A stretch of DNA of 64,000 nucleotides from an uncultured Acidobacteriota bacterium. Lineage in GTDB: Bacteria > Acidobacteriota > Vicinamibacteria > Vicinamibacterales > 2-12-FULL-66-21. Where the stretch lies: positions 374,781 to 438,780 of the forward strand of contig CAWAYH010000011.1 in assembly GCA_963786195.1 (NCBI GenBank). Direction: 5' to 3'. Under the pieces are notes generated by a model, which worked only from the letters and a program-made list of their open reading frames with translations, did no database searches and was not told where the DNA came from. Shown in pieces: positions 58,177 through 64,000 of this stretch (position 1 is the stretch's first letter; every line of letters begins with the position of its first letter). The translations under genes were made by a program, and so were the position numbers.

Positions 58177-59030
58177 AGAGCGTTCCATTTGCGCCGCTCG
58201 ACCCTGCGTTGTACCGCGAGACGGTTCGTCGCGCGCTGGCCGAAGATCTCGGCTGGGGTGACGTCACGACCGAAGCGACGGTCGGCCCTGAAAAGCGCGC
58301 CCGCGGCGTGATTCTCGCGAAGGCAGCGTGTGTGATCGCCGGGGTCGACATTGCAGCCGAGGTATTTCGTCAGCTCGATCCGGCGGCCAGCATCACGCTG
58401 CGTCTCCGCGACGGCGATCGCTGCGACGCCGGCACGATCGTCGCCGAAGTTCGCGGATCCGCTGCGGCCATGCTGACGGCGGAGCGTACCGCGCTCAATT
58501 TCATCCAACGGCTGTCCGGCATCGCGACGATCACGCGCACATTCGTCGACGCTGCCCGCACCGGCATCATCGTCCTCGACACCAGGAAGACGACGCCGAC
58601 GCTGCGGGCGCTGGAGAAGTACGCCGTCCGCGCCGGAGGCGGCAGCAACCATCGCGGGGCGCTGGACGACGGGATTCTGATCAAGGACAACCATGTGAGA
58701 CTCGCGGGCGGCGTTTCGGAGGCGGTCACGCGGATGAAGGCCGCGCGCCAGGAAATGCCCGTGGAGGTCGAGGCGCAGAGCCTCGCGGACGTCGATGCCG
58801 CCATCGCGGCCGGAGCGGACGTCATCCTGCTCGACAACCTCTCGCTCGAGCAGATTCAGGAAGCCGTGCGGCGCATCGCGCGGCGCGCGAAGGTCGAGAT
58901 CTCCGGAGGCGTGACCCTCGAACGCATGCCCGAGCTTGCCCGGACGGGCGCTGACTACGTTTCGATCGGCGCGCTGACCCACTCCGCACCGGCCGTGGAC
59001 CTCAGCTTCGAGATCGAACCGGATGCCTGA
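58173..59030 (+). CDS. nadC: Nicotinate-nucleotide diphosphorylase (carboxylating)
   Basis: Track ORF 57549..59030. Start MKSVPFAPLDPALYRETVRRALAEDLGWGDVTTEA at ATG 58173, overlapping the valS TGA (ATGA). ...LDTRKTTPTLRALEKYAVRAGGGSNHR..., ILLDN. Confidence 0.9.
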   Translation: MKSVPFAPLDPALYRETVRRALAEDLGWGDVTTEATVGPEKRARGVILAKAACVIAGVDIAAEVFRQLDPAASITLRLRDGDRCDAGTIVAEVRGSAAAMLTAERTALNFIQRLSGIATITRTFVDAARTGIIVLDTRKTTPTLRALEKYAVRAGGGSNHRGALDDGILIKDNHVRLAGGVSEAVTRMKAARQEMPVEVEAQSLADVDAAIAAGADVILLDNLSLEQIQEAVRRIARRAKVEISGGVTLERMPELARTGADYVSIGALTHSAPAVDLSFEIEPDA

Positions 59031-59834
59031 ACCGCTGCCGCAGGAAATGGCCGCGGCGCTCGAGGCGTCACGGTCGCGCCGCGGATCGATCGGTGAGCCT
59101 GCCTACTACTTCAGCGAGACCACCTCGACGAACGACGTCGCCGCGGCGTATGCCGAGCGCGGCGCTGGAGAAGGGACGATCGTCATCGCCGTCGTTGCAG
59201 ACTGGCGGTCGAGGACGGCTCGGCCGGATGTGGTACTCGCCGCCCGACGCGGGTCTCTACATGTCCGTCGTGTTCCGCCAGCCGGCGGCCGCGCCGTACC
59301 TCACGCTGGCGGGTGGTGTCGCCGTCGCCGCCGGCGTCGCCGCCGCGACCGGGCTTCCGCTCGAGATCAAGTGGCCCAACGACGTCGTCACGCGCAGCGG
59401 CACCGGACCGGCTCCCCGGCGCAAGGTCGCCGGGATCCTGGCTGAGGCCTCGTCGGCGGCTCGACGGGCTCCAGTACGTCATCCTGGGCATCGGCATCAA
59501 CCTGCGGCCCGCGGCGTATCCACCCGAGATTGCCGATCGCGCGACCTCGCTCGAAGCCGAATTGGGACGTCCGGTGGACGCAGGTCATGTGCTGGCGGAG
59601 GTTCTCGCCGCGCTGGCCGTCGAGCTCGTACCGCTCGCGAACGGGGATCCTTCGCGGCTGCTCGCGCGCTGGCGCTCGATGGCGCCGTCTTCCGTGGGAA
59701 CGCCCGTGGAGTGCGAAACAGCAGCCGGGCGGAAGACCGGCGTCGCGGCCGGGGTCGCCGAGGACGGGGCGCTGCTCGTCCGGATCGGCGATCGACTCGA
59801 GCGGATCATCGCCGGAGAGATAATCTGGAAGTGA
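59023..59834 (+). pseudogene. birA: Biotin--[acetyl-CoA-carboxylase] ligase; two frame breaks as assembled
   Basis: YYFSETTSTNDVAAAYAERGAGEGTIVIA / QTGGRGRLGRMWYSPPDAGLYMSVVFR...LPLEIKWPNDVV...KVAGILAEA / GLQYVILGIGINLRPAAYPPEIADRATSL...GALLVRIGDRLERIIAGEIIWK, in the frames of ORFs 59023, 59093 and 59313. Confidence 0.85.
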
Positions 59835-59855
59835 CCGCAGCTGATTGGCACTGAC

Positions 59856-60644
59856 ATGCTCCTGGCCATTGACGTAGGCAACACGAACATCGTCCTGGGC
59901 GTTTTCGACGGCGACCAGCTGATCTACAGCTGGCGGCTTCAGACGCTCCGCGACCGGACGGCTGACGAAATCGGGATTCTCGTCACGCACCTGTTCGCCG
60001 AGCGCGGCATCGACAGAGCGCGCGTGGACGGCATCATCCTCTCGTCCGTCGTGCCGCCGTTGACCGGGACGATGGAGGAGATGGGCGAGCGCTACTTCGG
60101 CCGGCTGCCGATGACGGTCGATCCAGGCACCAATACCGGCATGAAAGTGCTCTATACACCCGCGTCCGATGTCGGCGCGGACCGCGTCGTGAACGCCGTC
60201 GCCGCGTACGAGATGTTCGGGCGCAGCAAACACGTGCCGGTCATCGTCGTCGACTTCGGCACGGCCACGACGTTCGACGCGATCTCGGCGGCGGGCGAGT
60301 ACGTGGGCGGCGTGATTTGCCCCGGCATCGGCATCTCGGCCGATGCACTGTTCCAGCGTGCCGCGCGATTGCCGAGGGTGGACGTCCGCAAGCCCCCGTC
60401 CATCATCGGCCAGACGACGGTGACGTCGATGCAGGCCGGGCTGTTCTTCGGGTACGTGGCGATGGTTGATGGCATCGTGCACCGGATTCGCGCGGAGCTC
60501 GCGGAGGGCGAGCATGCCGTCACCGTCGCCACCGGCGGCATGGCAGGCATCCTTGCGGGCGACACGTCGACGATCGAGCGCGTCGAGCCGGATCTGACGC
60601 TGCAGGGCCTGAGACTCATCTGGAAGCGGTCCGCGACGTCGTAA
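59856..60644 (+). CDS. coaX: Type III pantothenate kinase
   Basis: ORF 59856..60644: MLLAIDVGNTNIVLGVF...VVVDFGTATTFDAIS...GGVICPGIGIS. Confidence 0.9.
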   Translation: MLLAIDVGNTNIVLGVFDGDQLIYSWRLQTLRDRTADEIGILVTHLFAERGIDRARVDGIILSSVVPPLTGTMEEMGERYFGRLPMTVDPGTNTGMKVLYTPASDVGADRVVNAVAAYEMFGRSKHVPVIVVDFGTATTFDAISAAGEYVGGVICPGIGISADALFQRAARLPRVDVRKPPSIIGQTTVTSMQAGLFFGYVAMVDGIVHRIRAELAEGEHAVTVATGGMAGILAGDTSTIERVEPDLTLQGLRLIWKRSATS

Positions 60645-61330
60645 TGCCGGATTTCTTCGACTATTGTCGTCAGCTCGAAGCCTATCTCTGTCAGAAGAAC
60701 GGCGGCCACCTGGTGCGGATCGTCGGACCGTCGTTCGAACGAGTGTGCTCGTGGGCCGAGCAGGGCGTACCGCTCAAGGTCGCCCTCCGCGGAATCGATC
60801 GGTACTGCGAGCGGTACTACGCCAAGACGACGCGGCGACGTCCGGCGCGGATTGAGTTCTGCGAGGCGGACGTCCTCGAGCTGTTCGACGACTGGCGGCG
60901 GGCGGTCGGCGTGTCCAGCACCCGCGACGAAGGTGCCGAACGTGCCCGCAAACCGACGCTGGCGTCGCACATCGAGCGCGTGGTCGCGCGGCTGATTGCG
61001 AGGCGGGGCGAGGGATCGCCGCCGTTCGAGCGGCACGTCGAGGAGCTGTTACGTTCGCTCGACGCGCTCGCGGCGGAGGCACGTCACGCCCGTGGTGAGG
61101 CGAGGGCGAGCGTGATCGAGCGGCTGTCGGCGCTCGACCGGGACGTGATGAAGGTCGCTGCCAGTGAGATCGATGAGAGGACGATCGAGACGATCCGGAA
61201 CGAGGCGGAAAGCGAGCTGGCGGCGTTCGGGGGCCGCATTGCGCCCGAGGCCCGTGCCGTCGCAATGGACGCCGCCGTGGAGCGTCTCGTCCGGGAGTCC
61301 CTGAAACTGCCGGTGATTGCCTACCGTTAA
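60644..61330 (+). CDS. Hypothetical protein (228 aa), translationally coupled on both sides
   Basis: ORF 60644..61330: MPDFFDYCRQLEAYLCQKNGGHLVRIVGPSFERVCSWAEQGVPLKVALRGIDRYCERYY... TAATG overlaps at 60642-60646 and 61328-61332. No family recognised. Confidence 0.55.
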   Translation: MPDFFDYCRQLEAYLCQKNGGHLVRIVGPSFERVCSWAEQGVPLKVALRGIDRYCERYYAKTTRRRPARIEFCEADVLELFDDWRRAVGVSSTRDEGAERARKPTLASHIERVVARLIARRGEGSPPFERHVEELLRSLDALAAEARHARGEARASVIERLSALDRDVMKVAASEIDERTIETIRNEAESELAAFGGRIAPEARAVAMDAAVERLVRESLKLPVIAYR

Positions 61331-62618
61331 TGCTCACTCCCGGTCAGCGGATCGAGCTCTCCATCGAGAAGCCGGCCGCCGGCGGAACCATGCTCGCGCG
61401 GCACGACGGACAGGTCGTCCTCGTTGGCGGGGCGGTTCCCGGCGAGCGTGTGGTTGCGCGCGTCGATCGGGCGGAGCGCACCCTGGCGTTTGCGACCACG
61501 ATAGAAGTGCCGGGAGCCCTCTCCCGATCGACGCCAGGGATTTGCGGATTCGCTGTGTGGCGGCTGCGTCTATTCCCACATCGCGTACCCACGACAGCTT
61601 CGGCTGAAGGCGGAAATCATCCACGACGCGTTCGCGCGCATCGGCCGCGTTTCAATCGATTCGTCGATTCCGGTGGCGCCCTCGCCGGAACGCGGGCACC
61701 GCATGCGGGCGCGATTTCACGTAGAGCGCGGGCGCGTCGGCTTCTTCCGTGAAGGCACGCACACGATCTGCGATGCGCTGCCGACAGGTCAGCTGAGCGA
61801 CGCCGCCGTCGCGGCGGCCGTGGACGTGGGTGCCGCGATCGAACGCTCGGGGTCCCGGGCACGGTCGCTCGAGCTCTCAGAGAACATCCCTGGCGATCAA
61901 CGCGCGCTCTCGATCGAGATCGAGCCCGGTTCGGCGATGACGGGCTGCATCGCTCCAGCGAATCTCGGACGCCGCGGGTCTTCGAGGCTGCGTTGCGCGA
62001 GACGATCGCGGCCTTCTCCTCACAGCCGGTGAGCCACGCATCGTGGATTCGATCGACAGCCTCACGCGAAGTCGCGTCCCCGCGGGCGAGCTCGGGCGTC
62101 ATCCGGAGTCGTTCTTCCAGGCGAACCGGCATCTCCTGCCGGACCTCGTGCTGGCGGTCATCGAGTCGGTGCCACAAGAGGGCGACGTTCTCGATCTCTA
62201 CGCCGGTGTCGGGCTGTTTTCAGTGGCGCTGGCCGGAGCCGGTCTCCATGGCATCACCGCGGTGGAAGGCGACCGCGTGAGCGGCAAGGATCTGGAGCGG
62301 AACGCCGGACCGTTTGCCGGTGCCGTGCAGCTCGTCCTCGACAGCGTCGAGCGCTTCCTGGAGCATCGAGGAGTCCAGCACGTGACGACGGCGATTGTCG
62401 ATCCCCCGCGCACCGGAATGTCCGCGCCGGCGACGACCGCTCTGGCCAGGCTGGGCGCGCGGCAGATCGTCTACGTCTCGTGCGATCCGCCGACGATGGC
62501 GCGGGACGCGCGCAGGTTGGTCGATGCCGGGTATCGTCTGAGCGCGCTGCGGGCGTTCGATCTGTTTCCGAACACGCCGCATGTCGAGGCCGTGGGGGTG
62601 TTCTTACAGGAGAAGTGA
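61330..62618 (+). pseudogene. RNA (uracil-5-)-methyltransferase, RumA/TrmA (RlmD-like) family; at least two frame breaks as assembled
   Basis: TRAM-like N-terminus MLTPGQRIELSIEKPAAGGTMLARHDGQVVLVGGAVPGERVVARV / EPSPDRRQGFADSLCGGCVYSHIAYPRQLRLKAEIIHDAFARIG...HRMRARFHV / ...ESFFQANRHLLPDLV...VLDLYAGVGLFSVALA...IVDPPRTGM...IVYVSCDPPTMARD (ORF 62043..62618). Confidence 0.8.
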
Positions 62619-62669
62619 GAACAGAGGACTAGGAGGAAGATCACACGAGAAAACGAGAAGGCGAGAAAC
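62607..62669. repeat. GA-rich ~60-bp element starting in the last codons of the methyltransferase gene; inverted partner at 63605-63664
   Basis: caggagaagtgagaacagaggactaggaggaagatcacacgagaaaacgagaaggcgagaaac. Shares caggaga, gagaac and a perfect taggaggaaga 11-mer with the reverse complement of 63605-63664. The 3' part has an octamer period (cgagaaaa cgagaagg cgagaaac). Confidence 0.6.
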
Positions 62670-62722
62670 GTTGGTCTCTCAGTTGTATATTGAATACAGT
62701 CGGGCCGAAAGGAGCAGCGGCG

Positions 62723-63575
62723 ATGACGCTGTTGCAACGAATCAGCTGTTGGGGCTTTTGTATTGGTCTCGCCGCGACGGTTCCCGCCGCCACGCAAGGC
62801 CAGCCGAGCGGCTCTGCACGAGACATTGGCAACCCTCTAACTGGTCCTCCCGTTCGTAATGCCCCATTCTCGGCCGAGGCGACGACGACAGTTCAGCAGA
62901 CGCTTCGTGATGGCACTCGCATCGACCGACTCGATCGTGCGTTACTACCGGAATGGCGCTGGTCGGGTGCGAGTAGAGCAGACGATCAGAGACTGGAATC
63001 ACTGAACCCTGGGGCCGAGAAGCAACTCAGGATCACGATTGACACGACCCCGGGTGGAGGAGGCGTCTATGTTCTGGATCTCAGCCGAAGCGGGTGAAAC
63101 GGCCGGGATCCTGCCAGTCGCGGTTGGCGGAGGAGACCTTTGCGCTGCCGCTAGGGGGGCACGGTTTCTGATCTTCGCGGCCAGAAAGGGCTCGGAGCAT
63201 TGGGCCAGGCTCGGCACGAGCGACGTCAAGGAAGAATCGCTAGGCAATCGACGTCTTGGCGGCGTTAACACGACTGGACGGCGTGCGACTATCACCATCC
63301 CATCGGCCAAGCTGGCAACGATCGACCTATTGAGGTGCTCGACGAGCGATGGGAGTCGCCGGAGTTACAGCTCGTGATTTACTCTCGGAGCGTGGATCCG
63401 CGTGAGGGTGTTATCGAGTATCGACTGGCAAACATACGACAGATGGAGCCAGATTCGAGTTGTTCGTAGTTCCAGCGTTACCCCGCTGGTTCTCCGGCAT
63501 CAGCCTGGTGTATGCGGATACCCCAAAGCCGGAACTGACGACCGAGCGAAGGAATGGAGTCAGCTCAAGAAGTAA
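62723..63575 (+). pseudogene. Hypothetical secreted protein in a lower-GC cassette; several frame breaks as assembled; 3' end uncertain
   Basis: GGAG lies 8 nt before ATG 62723. MTLLQRISCWGFCIGLAATVPAATQG...NAPFSAEATTTVQQTLRDGTRIDRL / RYYRNGAGRVRVEQTIRD / LNPGAEKQLRITIDTTPGGGGVYVLD / ...IEVLDERWESPELQLVIYSRSVDPREGVIEYRLANIRQMEPDSS / LFVVPA..., in different frames. Confidence 0.45.
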
Positions 63576-63604
63576 AGCAGCTGCCAGAAGACAGCCCGAG
63601 GAAA

Positions 63605-63664
63605 GTTCTCCTTCCTTTTCTCTTGTCGTCTTCCTCCTAACCCTCTCGTTCTCCCACTCTCCTG
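63605..63664. repeat. Inverted partner of the 62607-62669 element; overlaps the last 9 codons and the stop of the minus-strand amidotransferase gene
   Basis: Reverse complement: caggagagtgggagaacgagagggttaggaggaagacgacaagagaaaaggaaggagaac. Confidence 0.6.
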
Positions 63665-64000
63665 TCGAAACACACGCGCGCAACGCCCACGAACGCCTCG
63701 AACAGCGAGTTGAATTCGCCGGTCCGCCAGAAGTTCTCCGGGTGCCATTGCACCCCGAGGCAGAAGTCCGCATCGGGCTTCTCGATCGCTTCGACCAGGC
63801 CGTCGGGCGACGAGGCGGCCTCCACGAGCCCCGCGCCGAGACGCGCGACGGACTGGTGATGGCGGCTGTTGACCCGGCAGAGATGAGAGGCATCGACGGC
63901 GGGACCGAGCGCGCCCTCCAGGCGCGAGCCCGGCGTGACCCGCACATCGTGCGCGACCGCGTCCTTCGGCATTTCAATCGTGTGCTGAAGGTCCGACTCA
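63637..64000 (-). CDS. Class I glutamine amidotransferase-like hydrolase (peptidase C26, gamma-glutamyl-GABA hydrolase/PuuD-like); C-terminal part, 5' end beyond the window
   Basis: Track ORF 63637..63972 plus own upstream translation (…ESDLQHTIEMPKD…, no stop before 64000): VNSRHHQSVARLGAGLVEAASSPDGLVEAIE...FCLGVQWHPE. Confidence 0.75.
   Translation of the reverse strand, partial: ESDLQHTIEMPKDAVAHDVRVTPGSRLEGALGPAVDASHLCRVNSRHHQSVARLGAGLVEAASSPDGLVEAIEKPDADFCLGVQWHPENFWRTGEFNSLFEAFVGVARVCFDRRVGEREG

Overview
Visibly GC-rich bacterial chromosomal segment. PadR next to FtsX-type 'ADOP' permeases and a VWFA protein of the acidobacterial type point to Acidobacteriota (family names recalled, no search run). 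Content is mostly housekeeping: uvrA, uvrC, efp, tdk, trpS, scpA/scpB, rluB, cmk, rpsA, an IHF/HU protein, valS, nadC, birA, coaX, two different glutamate dehydrogenases, a split methylmalonyl-CoA mutase, two acyl-CoA dehydrogenases and hsp20-htrA. It also holds a small polysaccharide locus, an RRM protein / small membrane protein / giant Ser-Thr kinase-ATPase-TPR cluster, a collagen-like protein, two VapBC-type toxin-antitoxin pairs, and one tRNA-Thr(CGU) beside an integrase remnant. I saw no rRNA, CRISPR array, intact transposase or recognisable defence island, and I found no convincing novel multi-gene system. The unusual signals are structural. (1) Intergenic spacers are built from tandem heptanucleotides: a GAMAACC family at three loci, and TGA-bearing heptamers elsewhere. 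(2) Long imperfect inverted repeats overlap stop codons or bracket single genes (21.1 kb, 26.3/27.0 kb, 62.6/63.6 kb). (3) Two lower-GC cassettes encode distantly related secreted proteins. (4) About 15 conserved genes are broken by a strictly one-directional +1 frame drift, clustered at 4.3-5.9, 43-52.8 and 59-63.5 kb, while 5.9-33 kb is clean. This is best explained by insertion-type consensus errors, so 'pseudogene' below means 'disrupted as assembled'. Many long ORFs in the supplied track are antisense or shadow ORFs typical of GC-rich DNA. All calls come from reading the sequence and translations by eye.
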